DNA of 64,000 nt from an uncultured Methylomirabilota bacterium (GCA_963705305.1 OY970067.1:224001-288000), one strand, 5' to 3'. Shown: positions 37,649 through 48,661, counted from the stretch's first letter. Program-made: numbers and translations. Notes: generated from the letters alone by a model not told the origin.

Positions 37649-39883
37649 TCAGACGGGGTAGTCCAGCGCCTCGGGGATCATGACCTTGGTCAGGGCGGCC
37701 GCCGCCCGGTCCTTGGCTAAGCGTGCGCCGGTGAGGCATCCATCCAGCTTCAACCGCAGCCGGACGAAAGGCTCCAGGCCGTCGAAGCAGACGCAGGGGC
37801 CGGCCTTGATCGTCCCGACACCGGCCGCCTCCCCGGCGTGCGGCTGACCCGGCACCCCCACCAGGGGAATCACGGCCGCCAGCGGGTCGGTCGCCTCGGC
37901 GGCCCGGCAGGCCGCCCCGTCGCCATCCCAGGCCGGATGGCGGTTGTAGCCGAAGACCAGCTCGGCGCAGACGCGCCCGACTTCTCCGGCGGCCCGGGCC
38001 GCCTGGACGTGACAGAGATCCGTGAGGAACGCCAGCAGGCCGGGGAGCCCTTCCGCCACCACCGGATTGTCGGGGCCTTTGGCCTCCACCTCCAGGACAT
38101 CCAGGATCAGGCAGCGGGCCGCCAGCAGCCAGCAGAGCGCATCCGCCAGGGGGAACGTCACTCCCTGCCGCGCCCCCTGATACAGCTTCCCGCCGTCCGC
38201 GTCGGCGGCGCCCTGCAGGTGGATCAGGCTCCACAGCCACATCTGCATGGCCGTCGCCAGCGTGCAGGCCCCGGTGCCCGGCCGCCGGGCGGCGATGCGC
38301 CGCATCTCCGCGATCCATTGCTTGAACTGGGCCAGGAACAGCTCGCTGGTCATGGTGACGGACAGCTGCCGGCGCTGGACCGCCTCGGGCCCCTCGTAGG
38401 TGGCCTCCAGCTGGGCGTCCATCCACTTCTGGCCCAGGAAACCCGGACAGTCCTCCGTGATGCCGTAGCCCCCCATGAGGCTCACGGCCTCCCGCATCAT
38501 GGTGGCGCCGTGCCCCGTGTTCCAGAGCTTGCAGGCGGGGCAGAGAACGTTGGCCAGGGCGTCCAGCACCAGGAACTGGACCAGGGTGTCGCCCCCGAGT
38601 GCGGAATACCGCGCCTCATCGCGCTCCCCCTCCGGCTTGCCCGCGAGGTCGATGGACTCCAGCGCGTCCTTCTGGAGACGCCGGAAGATCCGCAGCTGGG
38701 CCGTTCCGCCCCCGACCCCCTGCGCGGCGAAGATCTCGTCCTTCTTGCGCTCCAGCGGATCCAGCTCGTCGAACAGGCGCGCGGCCGCGAATCCCAGCGA
38801 TGCCGCCGCCTCCCCGGCCGCCCAGACATCCACCAGGCGGTGGAGGGTGTCCTCCTTCTGCTGCAGCCCCAGCTCGTAGCGCGGCGATCCCGGCGCGATG
38901 CTCTCGCCGCCGCGGAACCGCCCCCGCTGGTAGCGGATCACCGGCTCCACCGCCGAGAGCAGCTTGGCGGCGGTCATCAGCCCCACCGTCACCCGCGTGC
39001 GCCGGAAGACGGCCTCGATGATCTCTCCGTGGCTGTAGCGGGGAACGATCACCCCGTCCTTGACCGTGTAGCCGCCGATGATCCGCCCGGCGGGGACGCG
39101 CAGGCTGAACACCGGATCGCAGGTGGAGGAGAGCTGGTGCACCAGCTTCTTGGTGGGGGTTCCGCGGTCGTAGATGCCGGGGTCGGTCTGCTCCAGGATG
39201 ATCATGCAGCTGCCCTTGATCCGCTCGTCCCCGGAATCCACCGCGGCAGTGACGAAGTTGGCGAAGCCCATGTTGGTGATGAAGCGTCCGCGCTTGTCCA
39301 CCTGCAGGATCGGCTCCTCCCCGTCCCGCCACTCCGCGACCCGGACCTTCCCGCTCAGCAGGCCGGTCTCCACCCCGACGTAGGGCAGGGGCTCGGTCAG
39401 GCTGAAGGCACCCCGCCAGATCTGCCGATCCTCGCCGGGCTGCGGCGGCAGGGCGCGCCGCATGTAGGTGTCCCGCTGCTCGGGGGTGCCCCGCTCGTGG
39501 ATCGGCGACAGCGCCAGGTTGCCGGCCAGGCTGCAGGTGGTGGCCCCCGCATCCACCCAGGACAGCTCGAAGGCTACCAGGGCCAAGGCCAGGTTCTTGG
39601 GACCCCCGATGAACCCCCCCTGCTCGGGGTCCATGAAGAGGGCGGTGAGGCCCGACTCGTCAAAGGCCTTCAGCAGAACGGCCTTCTGGTCGTTCCACTC
39701 ATGGGAGTTCCGCGCTCCCTCGGCGACCAGCCGGGCGACGATGCCGCGGGCCACCGAGCGGGCGGCTTGCACCAGCATCTGGAGATCGTACCGATCGGTG
39801 AAGCGCCACATGATCTGCCGGACGTCGTCACCCGGAAGCGTGCGCAATGCCTCTGGACTGCTCCGCTCCACACCGGTTTCCAT
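37649..39883 (-). CDS. Acyl-CoA dehydrogenase family protein (long form)
   Basis: AFSLTEP, RFITN, AVSLMGGYGITED, TYEGPEAVQR. Confidence 0.88.
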   Translation of the reverse strand: METGVERSSPEALRTLPGDDVRQIMWRFTDRYDLQMLVQAARSVARGIVARLVAEGARNSHEWNDQKAVLLKAFDESGLTALFMDPEQGGFIGGPKNLALALVAFELSWVDAGATTCSLAGNLALSPIHERGTPEQRDTYMRRALPPQPGEDRQIWRGAFSLTEPLPYVGVETGLLSGKVRVAEWRDGEEPILQVDKRGRFITNMGFANFVTAAVDSGDERIKGSCMIILEQTDPGIYDRGTPTKKLVHQLSSTCDPVFSLRVPAGRIIGGYTVKDGVIVPRYSHGEIIEAVFRRTRVTVGLMTAAKLLSAVEPVIRYQRGRFRGGESIAPGSPRYELGLQQKEDTLHRLVDVWAAGEAAASLGFAAARLFDELDPLERKKDEIFAAQGVGGGTAQLRIFRRLQKDALESIDLAGKPEGERDEARYSALGGDTLVQFLVLDALANVLCPACKLWNTGHGATMMREAVSLMGGYGITEDCPGFLGQKWMDAQLEATYEGPEAVQRRQLSVTMTSELFLAQFKQWIAEMRRIAARRPGTGACTLATAMQMWLWSLIHLQGAADADGGKLYQGARQGVTFPLADALCWLLAARCLILDVLEVEAKGPDNPVVAEGLPGLLAFLTDLCHVQAARAAGEVGRVCAELVFGYNRHPAWDGDGAACRAAEATDPLAAVIPLVGVPGQPHAGEAAGVGTIKAGPCVCFDGLEPFVRLRLKLDGCLTGARLAKDRAAAALTKVMIPEALDYPV

Positions 39884-40093
39884 GAGTGCGTTCCTCTCTG
39901 TGGAGTTGGGGGGAAAGTCGTTCCGATCCGGCGAGATCGGAAGGCGTGCGGACGTGCGGATCCCGCCGGGGTGCCCTGCGGGTTCCGGCTGCGCCCCCAG
40001 GACGGCAGCCCCTGCCCCGACGCTCTCTTATCGCCGGGATGGGACGGCGCCGTCAAGGTCTTTCAGCCCAGGATCGGAATTTGTCCTACCCGC

Positions 40094-40278
40094 TACACAA
40101 AGGTGTTGAAGATTCGTTTGTCAATAGGCGCGATTCCCCCGTGGTTACAGCGCATTCCGTCCTTTTCGGATTGGGCTGGCATCGAGGAAGATTTCCTCCC
40201 CGACAAGGCGTTCCGATTCGGTCAACCAATTCATGCTGTTACTAGCGAAACGCCGACCGTTATCAACACCTTTGTGTA
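40094..40278. promoter_or_regulatory. Pair of perfect 16-bp inverted sites in the upstream region of the acyl-CoA dehydrogenase operon
   Basis: TACACAAAGGTGTTGA at 40094-40109 and TCAACACCTTTGTGTA at 40263-40278. Confidence 0.6.
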
Positions 40279-40411
40279 ACGGCTAGGAATTTGTCACAAA
40301 CTGGGGAGCAAGTCCGGCCGGGCCCCGGCCGGCCCGGCGCGATCGCTAGATGGGTGCGCCGGGCGGCGCCTCCCGGCGGAGGCGCCGCCCCGTTCTGCAC
40401 TGGTTCGTGCG

Positions 40412-41173
40412 TCAGCCCAGCAGGCGGCCGCCGTCCACGACCATGACGTCGCCGGTCATGAAGTCGCCGCGGATGGCCAGAAACACGGCGGCATCGGCGA
40501 TGTCCTCGGCCGCCCCGACGCGCTTGAGGGGGGCCGTCTGGGCCGCCTTTTGAGCGATTGCCTCCAGATCCGGCCGCCCGACGTTCCATCGGGTCTCCGC
40601 GATGAAGCCGGGGGCGATGACGTTCACCTGGATCTCCGGGCCGAGGGTCCGGGCCAGGCACTTGCTGAGCTGGATCACCGCCGCCTTGGAGCAGCAGTAG
40701 GCGATGGAGCTGCCTTGCGGCGCGAGGCCGGACACGGAGGCCAGGTTGATGATCCGGCCGGCCCCCTGTTTCTTCATGGCCGGCGCCGCGGCCCGGCAGC
40801 AGAAGAAGGTCCCCTTTACGTTCACCGCGTACAGGCGGTCCCACACCTCGTCCGTGAGCCCGTCGAGGTTGGCGAAATCCACGAACCGGGTGATGCCGGC
40901 GTTGTTCACCAAAATATCGACGGCGCCGAATTTCTCCAGGACCGCCGCCACCATGGCCTTGACGGCCGGGTCGGACGCCACGTCGGCCCGGACGAGGAAC
41001 GGCTTGCCGCCGGCCTGCGCCACCAGCGCGGCGGTCTCCTCGGCCTCCTGCTTTGACCGGGAGTAGTTCACGGCCACCTTGGCCCCCTCCCGGCCGTAGG
41101 CCACGGCGATGGCGCGGCCGATGCCCACGGCCGCCCCGGTAACGAGCGCAACCTTCCCATCCAGTTTTCCCAT
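40412..41173 (-). CDS. SDR family oxidoreductase
   Basis: VTGAAVGIG, NNAG, YCCSK, IAPG, VDGG. Confidence 0.92.
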   Translation of the reverse strand: MGKLDGKVALVTGAAVGIGRAIAVAYGREGAKVAVNYSRSKQEAEETAALVAQAGGKPFLVRADVASDPAVKAMVAAVLEKFGAVDILVNNAGITRFVDFANLDGLTDEVWDRLYAVNVKGTFFCCRAAAPAMKKQGAGRIINLASVSGLAPQGSSIAYCCSKAAVIQLSKCLARTLGPEIQVNVIAPGFIAETRWNVGRPDLEAIAQKAAQTAPLKRVGAAEDIADAAVFLAIRGDFMTGDVMVVDGGRLLG

Positions 41174-41441
41174 CGGCCATCTCCTGAGTGAGGTAAGCGA
41201 GAGTTGAACACGCGCGACGGGGAGTCGCAATTGAAACGTATCACCATCCCGTGGGCTGTCAAGACGAAACGCGCGCGGAACAATCGAAGTGCGCCGGCCG
41301 GGTGCGTTGATACGCAGAGTGAAGGGTGCTATGATCCGCCGAAAGCGGGCCCCGGCTCGCCACACTCCAACGGGATGCCGATGCTTTCCGTGGACGGTGG
41401 GCGCGGCGGGATCCCGCCCCGAGGCGCTAGGAGGGTGAACC

Positions 41442-42719
41442 ATGCGGTTCGACATGACCGAGAAGCTGGCAGTCCATGGCGGCCCCCAGGCGAAGCGGAC
41501 CCCCTTCCCCGCCGGAAAGCGGCACGGCGATGTGGAGAAGCGGTACCTCACCGAGGTCATCGACGCCGACATGCTCTTCTACTTCTTCGGCTCCAAGGTC
41601 CGCGACTTCGAGCGGCGCTTCGCCGAGATGTACGGGGTCAGGCACTGCATCGCGTGCTCCAGCGGGACGGCGGCTGTTCACATGGCCGTGGCTGCCCTGG
41701 AACTACCCGTGGGCAGCGAGGTGATCACGCCGGCCATCACCGACATGGGCTCACTCACCGGCATCCTCTACCAGGGGCTGGTGCCCGTGTTTGCCGACGT
41801 GGAGCCCGATACGCTCAATATGAGTCCGGCCTCGGTTCGCGAGCGCATCACCGAGCGCAGCCGGGCCATCCTGGTCGTGCATCACAGCGGGCTGGCCGCG
41901 GACATGGACGCCCTCCTCACGATCGGCCGCGAGACGGGACTCCCCCTTATCGAGGACTGCGCCCAGGCCTACTGCTGCACGTACCGGGGCAAGCTGGCGG
42001 GGACCATGGGCGCCATCAACGCCTTTTCCTTGAACCACTTCAAACACATCACCTGCGGGTCGGGAGGCATGGTGCTCACGGATGACGACCGGCTGCGCTA
42101 CCGAGCCTCCCTGTTCTTGGACAAGTGCTTCCAGCGCGAGGAGGGCATCCGGAACCCCTTCTTCCTGGCCCCGAACTATCAGATGACCGAGCTCCAGGGT
42201 GCCGTGGCCTTGGCCCAGCTGGAAAAGGTGCAGGGGATCGTCGACGCCAGGAACCGCCTGGGGAGCCTGCTGAATCGGCACCTGGCGGAGATCCCGGGCG
42301 TGGTTCCGCAGGCGACGCCCGAGGGCCGGAAGCATGCCTTCTTCCTCTACCTGTTCCGGCTGGACCTGAGCGTGCTGGGCTGCACGGCCGACGAGTTCTC
42401 CAAGACGCTCGCTGCCGAGGGCATCCCGAACAAGCCGCATCTGATCACCGGCGGCCGCCCCGTCTATCTGTACGACATTTTCCGGAACCGCTCCGCCTTT
42501 CCCGGAAGTACCTTCCCCTTCACGCGCCCTGACGGTACGGGCCGCACGTACCGGCGGGGAGACTGCCCGGTGGCCGAAGCCGCCTTCGACACCTGGATCA
42601 CCATGAACATCTACGAGCATTTCACCGAGGACGATATCGCAGAGATAGCCCACGGCGTCGGCAAAGTGGCCCACCATTACACCTCGCGGGTCCCGTCAGG
42701 ACGCATGCCGCGCGGCTAA
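41442..42719 (+). CDS. DegT/DnrJ/EryC1/StrS family PLP aminotransferase
   Basis: SSGTAA, IEDCAQA, FSLNHFKHITCGSGG, NYQMTELQ. Confidence 0.92.
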   Translation: MRFDMTEKLAVHGGPQAKRTPFPAGKRHGDVEKRYLTEVIDADMLFYFFGSKVRDFERRFAEMYGVRHCIACSSGTAAVHMAVAALELPVGSEVITPAITDMGSLTGILYQGLVPVFADVEPDTLNMSPASVRERITERSRAILVVHHSGLAADMDALLTIGRETGLPLIEDCAQAYCCTYRGKLAGTMGAINAFSLNHFKHITCGSGGMVLTDDDRLRYRASLFLDKCFQREEGIRNPFFLAPNYQMTELQGAVALAQLEKVQGIVDARNRLGSLLNRHLAEIPGVVPQATPEGRKHAFFLYLFRLDLSVLGCTADEFSKTLAAEGIPNKPHLITGGRPVYLYDIFRNRSAFPGSTFPFTRPDGTGRTYRRGDCPVAEAAFDTWITMNIYEHFTEDDIAEIAHGVGKVAHHYTSRVPSGRMPRG

Positions 42720-42910
42720 ATCCGCCCGGCCGTTGAAGGGCACGCCGGGACGTAAGCCAAGTGAATCCTGTCGGCGTCCCGCCTCACGAGGCCACGCGCC
42801 GCGGCCCAGTCCCGGGCGTGAACAGTCGCCCGGTCGAACGGGCGCACCCAAGGGGGAGCCTCGCCCAGCAGCAGACCGATCTCCATCGCCCTGCCGATTT
42901 TTTCCTCCAT
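42716..42910 (-). CDS. Small hypothetical protein
   Basis: 64-aa ORF with GGAGG RBS; no recognisable motif. Confidence 0.3.
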   Translation of the reverse strand: MEEKIGRAMEIGLLLGEAPPWVRPFDRATVHARDWAAARGLVRRDADRIHLAYVPACPSTAGRI

Positions 42911-43101
42911 GATACCCCTCCGGTAGTAGGCCAGCGTGACTGCACCTTCATGCAACGATCAAAGCACGGGGTGTGCCGCCGCTGATAGCGTGTTAAACTA
43001 AGCGGCAGACTCGGTGAATCTCGATGCCCCGTGGGCCTGTGCAGGAGGCGGAGGGTATCCCCGAGAAAAACGGCTGACGAAAAAGAGCGGGCAACCCCAC
43101 C

Positions 43102-43608
43102 ATGCAGTGGACAAAAGTACTCCAGGCATCGATGTTGATACTCGTCGGAGTATTCCTCTCGGCCTGCACGGCGGAGAGGCCGATGTGGCATCCGGTAGGT
43201 GAGGCGGCGGCTCCTCCCCCGAGAGCCTATCGGCACGAACGAACCACCGAGGACCTGAAGCTGTACTGGAATTGCGAGCCGACTCCCGGGAGATTGCGGG
43301 TGGACGGCTTTGTGGAGAATGTGGGCAAAGGCGAGGTCCGCACCCTGCTGCTGCAGGTCAACGGACTGGATTCGGTCCAGCACCGGATCCTGCAGGCCGG
43401 AGCGGGCATTCCGGACATCGTGCTCTATCCGGGGGACCGCGTCCCATTCCACCTCGACGTACAGCCGACCGGGGCCGAAGAGCGGTTCGATTTCGTCTAC
43501 CAATACCGGGTCCAGGTGGTTTCCCGGGCCCTTCCGCCCGTGCCTCCCGTGCTTAAGGAGTTCACGATCGCGAATGTCTGCGCCCCCGGCGTGGACCGAC
43601 CCCGCTGA
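43102..43608 (+). CDS. Putative lipoprotein
   Basis: Hydrophobic stretch followed by lipobox LSAC. Confidence 0.7.
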   Translation: MQWTKVLQASMLILVGVFLSACTAERPMWHPVGEAAAPPPRAYRHERTTEDLKLYWNCEPTPGRLRVDGFVENVGKGEVRTLLLQVNGLDSVQHRILQAGAGIPDIVLYPGDRVPFHLDVQPTGAEERFDFVYQYRVQVVSRALPPVPPVLKEFTIANVCAPGVDRPR

Positions 43609-43726
43609 GGAGCGACGCTGTCTTCCGGAGCCATCGCCGCATGTCGACGGCGGCCGGTGACGATCCTTCTCTCAGGCGGCGGGAGGCTGCGCCGATTTCC
43701 CCGCAGCGAACCCTGGAGGCATCTCG

Positions 43727-45862
43727 ATGAAGCCTCGCGACCTGCGTGACCCGGCCTCGCTCAGCCGGATGTCCTTCTCGGGAACCGGCCCCGACGCACC
43801 GGATGCCTCGGGGGCGAGGGCGCCCGATCGGCCGGTGTCCGCCGCCCGTCTACCCGACCTGATTCCCCGGGCCATTCTTTTTGGCAACCCCGACCGGGCA
43901 GCCGTTCGCATCAGCCCGGACGGCCTGCACCTTTCTTACCTGGCCCCCGTCAACGGAGTCCTGAACGTCTGGGTGGCGCCGGCGGGTCGGGTCGAGGCGG
44001 CGAAGCCGATCACCCGGGACACCGGACGCGGCATCCGCATCTACTTCTGGGCGTACACCAACCGCCACATCCTGTACCTCCAGGACCAGGGGGGCGACGA
44101 AAACTGGAAGGTGTACGCCGTGGACATCTCGACGGCACAATCCAGAGACCTCACCCCCTTCGAGACCATCCCCGGCCCCGATGGCAAGCCGATCACGCTT
44201 CCCGGCGGACAGCCCATGCGGCCCGCGGCCCGCATCGAGAACGTCAGCCACCGGTTTCCGGACACCATCCTGGTCGGCCTGAATAACCGCGACACCCGTT
44301 ACCATGACGTCTACCGGGTGAACATCATCACCGGCGAGATGGCCCTGGTGCAGGCAAACCCCGACTTTGCAGGATTCGTCACCGACAACGACTACCGCGT
44401 CCGGTTCGCCAGCCGGATGACCGCCGACGGCGGCACGGAACTCCTGCAACCCGCCTCCGGGGATCAGGCCGGGATCCAGAGCTGGGAGCCGTTCCTTCGT
44501 GTCGGCCTGGAAGACTCCCTGACGACTCACCCGGTGGGATTCGACAAGTCGGGGCAGGCCCTGTACCTGGTGGATTCCCGCGGACGGGACACGGCGGTCC
44601 TGAGCAGGCTCGACCTCGGCACGGGGGCCCTCCGCGTTCTGGCCGCAGACCCCCGCTCGGATGTCGCCGGCCTGCTGGTGCACCCGACCGAGGAGACGGT
44701 CCAGGCCGTCGCTTTCAACTACACGCGGCCCGAGTGGACGGTCCTGGACGCGGCCATCCGTCCCGACCTGGAGTACCTCGGGACGCTGGCGGACGGGGAG
44801 GTCACCGTCACCAGCCGCACGCTGGATGACACGAAGTGGACGGTCGCCTTCCTCCCGGACGACGGGCCGGTGCATTTCTACCTGTACGACCGACAGGCCC
44901 GCCAAGCGATCTTCCTGTTCACCAATCGCCGGGACCTGGAGGGCCTGCCCCTGGCCAAGATGCAGCCGGTCGTGATCAGGAGCCGTGACGGATTGGATCT
45001 CGTGTCATACCTCACGCTGCCGGCGGACGCGGCCCGGGGCGCCGGCGGGCGCCCCGCCGCTCCCCTGCCGCTGGTTCTGAATGTGCATGGAGGGCCCTGG
45101 GCCCGCGACACGTGGGGATTCGACCCCCAGCACCAGTGGCTCGCCAACCGCGGCTACGCGGTCCTCAGCGTCAACTACCGGGGATCCACGGGGTTGGGCA
45201 AGGGAACCGTCAACGCCGCCACTCGCGAGTGGGCCGGCAAGATGCACGACGACCTGATCGACGCCGTCCGCTGGGCGATAGGCGAGGGGATCGCGGATCC
45301 CGCCCGGATCGCGATCGTGGGCGGCTCTTACGGCGGGTACGCCGCCCTGGTGGGCCTCACGTTCACGCCGGACGTCTTCGCCTGCGGGGTAAGCATCGTC
45401 GGGCCGTCCAACCTGGTCACGCTGCTCAACACCATCCCCCCCTACTGGGAGCCGGGGATCGCCATGTTCACGACCCGGGTGGGCGACCATCGCACCGAGG
45501 AGGGTCGGGCCTTCCTCACCAGTCGCTCGCCGCTGACGTTCGTCGACCGGATCCGACGGCCGCTGTTGATCGGCCAGGGGGCCAACGATCCTCGAGTCAA
45601 ACAGAGCGAGTCGGACCAGATCGTGGCCGAGATGCAGCGGAGGCGGATCCCGGTCACGTACGTCCTTTACCCCGATGAGGGCCACGGCTTCGTCCGGCCG
45701 GAGAACCGGATGTCGTTCAGCGCGGTGGTCGAGGCTTTTCTCAGCCGGCACCTGGGCGGGCGCTTCGAGCCCGTCGGGAGGGACTTCGAGGGGTCCACGA
45801 TCACCGTCCCGACGGGCGCCGGGAATGTCCCCGGTTTGGAGGCTGCCCTCGCGAATCGGTGA
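43727..45862 (+). CDS. S9 family peptidase (dipeptidyl/acylaminoacyl peptidase)
   Basis: [27 protein letters not shown]. Confidence 0.92.
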   Translation: MKPRDLRDPASLSRMSFSGTGPDAPDASGARAPDRPVSAARLPDLIPRAILFGNPDRAAVRISPDGLHLSYLAPVNGVLNVWVAPAGRVEAAKPITRDTGRGIRIYFWAYTNRHILYLQDQGGDENWKVYAVDISTAQSRDLTPFETIPGPDGKPITLPGGQPMRPAARIENVSHRFPDTILVGLNNRDTRYHDVYRVNIITGEMALVQANPDFAGFVTDNDYRVRFASRMTADGGTELLQPASGDQAGIQSWEPFLRVGLEDSLTTHPVGFDKSGQALYLVDSRGRDTAVLSRLDLGTGALRVLAADPRSDVAGLLVHPTEETVQAVAFNYTRPEWTVLDAAIRPDLEYLGTLADGEVTVTSRTLDDTKWTVAFLPDDGPVHFYLYDRQARQAIFLFTNRRDLEGLPLAKMQPVVIRSRDGLDLVSYLTLPADAARGAGGRPAAPLPLVLNVHGGPWARDTWGFDPQHQWLANRGYAVLSVNYRGSTGLGKGTVNAATREWAGKMHDDLIDAVRWAIGEGIADPARIAIVGGSYGGYAALVGLTFTPDVFACGVSIVGPSNLVTLLNTIPPYWEPGIAMFTTRVGDHRTEEGRAFLTSRSPLTFVDRIRRPLLIGQGANDPRVKQSESDQIVAEMQRRRIPVTYVLYPDEGHGFVRPENRMSFSAVVEAFLSRHLGGRFEPVGRDFEGSTITVPTGAGNVPGLEAALANR

Positions 45863-46084
45863 GCGCGAGCCCGCCCCCGCCTCTCCTGCCGCTTCCGACC
45901 GGCCAGCACTTCTGGATTGACAATCGCCCGCGTCGAGAAAAGAATCGCCGCGAGACAACACGGGAACGACCCTGCTCGCGGACGGGGGGCATCGCGACGG
46001 CCATCACGCCGCGGCCCACAGAGGAGCCGCTCCCCGCCCCCGGATCCGGCAGGCGGCACACACCTACCCAGGAGGAGACGACTC

Positions 46085-46567
46085 ATGGTACGCGACGAAG
46101 CACGCTGGGCAAGCGGACACTTCGGGCGAATGCTGCCGGTGCGCCTCCGGACCGGCACGGATCTCACCAATGGACTCAAGAAGGTCTGCGATGAGGCCGG
46201 CCTCCGGTACGGGGCGGTGCTCATCGGCATCGGCAGCCTTCGGCGGCTCAGCTACCAGGTCCTGACCCCCAAGCCGGACACGAAGCTCGGCGCCGGCTAT
46301 ACGGACCCGACCCTGGTCCCCGGGCCGGTGGAAATCCTCAGTCTCCAGGGGGTGATCTTCCAGTCGGAGGAGGGCGAGACGCTGCTCCACCTCCACGGAA
46401 CCTTCTCAGACAAGACCGGGAAGGTGTACGCCGGACACGTGGTGGCGGGCGAGAATCCCGTCCTGGCCACGTTGGATGGGGTGATCGCGGAGGCGGCCGG
46501 CGTCCGGATGGTTCGCAGGATGGACGAGGAGGTGGGGCTGGGCCTGTGCACCCCGGAGGCCGCCTAG
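46085..46567 (+). CDS. PPC/DUF296 domain protein
   Basis: GIGSL, EILSLQG, HLHGTF, AGH; AGGAGG RBS. Confidence 0.85.
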   Translation: MVRDEARWASGHFGRMLPVRLRTGTDLTNGLKKVCDEAGLRYGAVLIGIGSLRRLSYQVLTPKPDTKLGAGYTDPTLVPGPVEILSLQGVIFQSEEGETLLHLHGTFSDKTGKVYAGHVVAGENPVLATLDGVIAEAAGVRMVRRMDEEVGLGLCTPEAA

Positions 46568-46619
46568 CAGCTGGGCCCTTTTGAGCAGCCTGCCGCAACG
46601 TGAGTTTTTCAGGAGCCTG
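46567..46619. repeat. Remnant ends of the MITE-like family
   Basis: GCAGCTGGGCCCTTTTGAGCAGCCTG and TTTTTCAGGAGCCTG. Confidence 0.55.
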
Positions 46620-46686
46620 CTAGGGCTTGACGGGCGGGCGTCGCGGGCCCTGTGACCCGGTGCCGGGGAATGGCGGGGAGGAAGAC

Positions 46687-47655
46687 ATGCCGGCCCACAG
46701 AGCACTGTGTCTCGCTATGTACGAGCAGATGCTGACCATCCGCAGGTTCGAGGAGAAGGCCATCGAGCTGTTCGAGCACGGGCTCATCCGCGGAAACGTT
46801 CATCCCTGCATCGGCCAGGAGGCCGTCTCCGTGGGAGTCTGCGCCGCCCTGCGCCCACGGGACTACATGACGAGCACCCACCGCGGCCATGGCAATTGCC
46901 TCGCCAAGGGGGCCGATGTGAAGCGGATGATGGCCGAGCTTTTGGGAAAGGCCACCGGGTACTGCAAGGGGAAGGGCGGCTCGATGCACATCGCCGACTT
47001 CGAGGGCGGCAATCTGGGCGCCAACGGGATCGTGGGGGGCGGCTTTCCCATCGCCGTGGGGGCGGCCATCAGCATCCAGAACTGCGGCACCGACCAGGTC
47101 GCCATTTGCTTCTTCGGGGACGGGGCCGCCAGCCAGGGCACGTTCCACGAGAGCCTGAACCTGGCCGCCCTCTGGAAGCTCCCCGTGATCTTCGTCTGCG
47201 AGAACAATCAGTACGCCCTCTCCACGCCGGTTCGCGAGTCCATCGCCCACCCGCAGCTTGCCGACCGGGGCAAGGCCTACGGCATCCCCGGCCACGCCGT
47301 GGACGGCAACGACGTCCTAAAGGTCCATGCCCGGACCAGGGAGGCGGTCGCCCGCGCCCAGGCCGGCGGGGGGCCGACCCTTCTGGACTGCCTCACCTAC
47401 CGCTTTTACGGCCATTTCACCGGCGATCCGGGCCGCGGTGCCGCGTACCGGACCAGGGACGAGATCGAGGAGTGGCAGGCTCGTTGCCCCCTGCGCCGGT
47501 TCGGCGACTGGCTGCGGAGCCAGGGATGGATGGCCCCCCAGGTGGAGCGGGCTATCGAGGCCAGGGTGAGCGCCGCCATCGAGGCGGCGGTCCAATTCGC
47601 GCAGGACAGCCCGTGGCCGTCCCCGGACGAGGCTCTGCAGGATCTCTTCTGTTGA
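46687..47655 (+). CDS. TPP-dependent dehydrogenase E1 alpha subunit (pyruvate/acetoin type)
   Basis: GQEA, THRGHG, GKGGSMH, GDGA...ENNQY, TYRFYGH. Confidence 0.92.
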   Translation: MPAHRALCLAMYEQMLTIRRFEEKAIELFEHGLIRGNVHPCIGQEAVSVGVCAALRPRDYMTSTHRGHGNCLAKGADVKRMMAELLGKATGYCKGKGGSMHIADFEGGNLGANGIVGGGFPIAVGAAISIQNCGTDQVAICFFGDGAASQGTFHESLNLAALWKLPVIFVCENNQYALSTPVRESIAHPQLADRGKAYGIPGHAVDGNDVLKVHARTREAVARAQAGGGPTLLDCLTYRFYGHFTGDPGRGAAYRTRDEIEEWQARCPLRRFGDWLRSQGWMAPQVERAIEARVSAAIEAAVQFAQDSPWPSPDEALQDLFC

Positions 47656-47677
47656 GGCGGTGGGAGGGAACAGCGCC

Positions 47678-48661
47678 ATGCCGGATGTCACGTTTGTCGA
47701 AGCGCTCCGGATGACCCTGCGAGAGGAGATGGTGCGCGATCCCTCTCTCATGCTCATCGGGGAGGACATCGGCCGCTTCGGCGGGATCTTCGGGGTGACC
47801 AAGGGGCTTCTGGAGCAGTTTGGCCCGAAGCGGGTGCGCAGCACCCCCATCTCCGAATCCGCCATCATCGGCTCGGCCCTGGGGGCGGCCATGACCGGCA
47901 CCCGCACGGTAGCCGAGCTGATGTACGTGGACTTCGCCGGCTGCGCCATGGACCAGATCCTGAACCAGGTCGCCAAGATGCGCTACATGTCGGGGGGGAA
48001 GCTCCGAATCCCCCTGGTCATCCGCACGCACGAGGGCGGCGGGAGGGGCAACGCCGCACAGCACTCGCAGAGCCTGGAGTCCCTCTTTCTCCACATCCCG
48101 GGCCTGAAGATCGTCCTTCCGTCCACGCCCCGCGACGCGCGGGGCCTGCTGAAGAGCGCTATCCGCGACGACAATCCGGTCATCTTCATCGAGCACAAGC
48201 TCCTCTATGCGACGAAGGGCCCGATCCCGGACGGCGAATACCTCATCCCGCTGGGCCAGGCCGAGGTCAAGCGGCCGGGGAAGGATGCCACTCTCTTGAC
48301 CATCTCTCACATGGTCCTGAAGGCGTTGAAGGCTGCAGACCGGCTGGCGGACGAGGGGATCGACGTCGAAGTCATCGACCTCCGGACGCTCGTCCCCTTG
48401 GATCTGGAGGCCGTCCTCCGGTCGGTCCGGAAGACCAACCGTGTGGTCGTCGCCCACGAGGCCTGCCGCCGGGGAGGCTTCGGCGCCGAGCTGGCGGCGC
48501 AGATCGAGGAGGAGGCCTTCGACTTCCTGGACGCGCCCGTGGAGCGGGTCGGGGCGCCGGATGTCCCCATCCCCTACAGCAAACCCCTGGAGGATGCCGT
48601 GATTCCCAACGAGGACGGCATCGTCGCCGCCGTGAGAAAGGTGTTCGGCCGAACGTCGTGA
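47678..48661 (+). CDS. TPP-dependent dehydrogenase E1 beta subunit
   Basis: GEDIG, TPISE, QHSQ, EHKLLY, DLRTLVPLD. Confidence 0.92.
   Translation: MPDVTFVEALRMTLREEMVRDPSLMLIGEDIGRFGGIFGVTKGLLEQFGPKRVRSTPISESAIIGSALGAAMTGTRTVAELMYVDFAGCAMDQILNQVAKMRYMSGGKLRIPLVIRTHEGGGRGNAAQHSQSLESLFLHIPGLKIVLPSTPRDARGLLKSAIRDDNPVIFIEHKLLYATKGPIPDGEYLIPLGQAEVKRPGKDATLLTISHMVLKALKAADRLADEGIDVEVIDLRTLVPLDLEAVLRSVRKTNRVVVAHEACRRGGFGAELAAQIEEEAFDFLDAPVERVGAPDVPIPYSKPLEDAVIPNEDGIVAAVRKVFGRTS

Noticed and set aside
35776..40279. Long antisense and alternative-frame ORFs (e.g. 9935-12328, 27729-29447, 35776-37683, 37838-40279)
   Set aside because: They are shadows of real genes expected at high GC and show no recognisable motifs.
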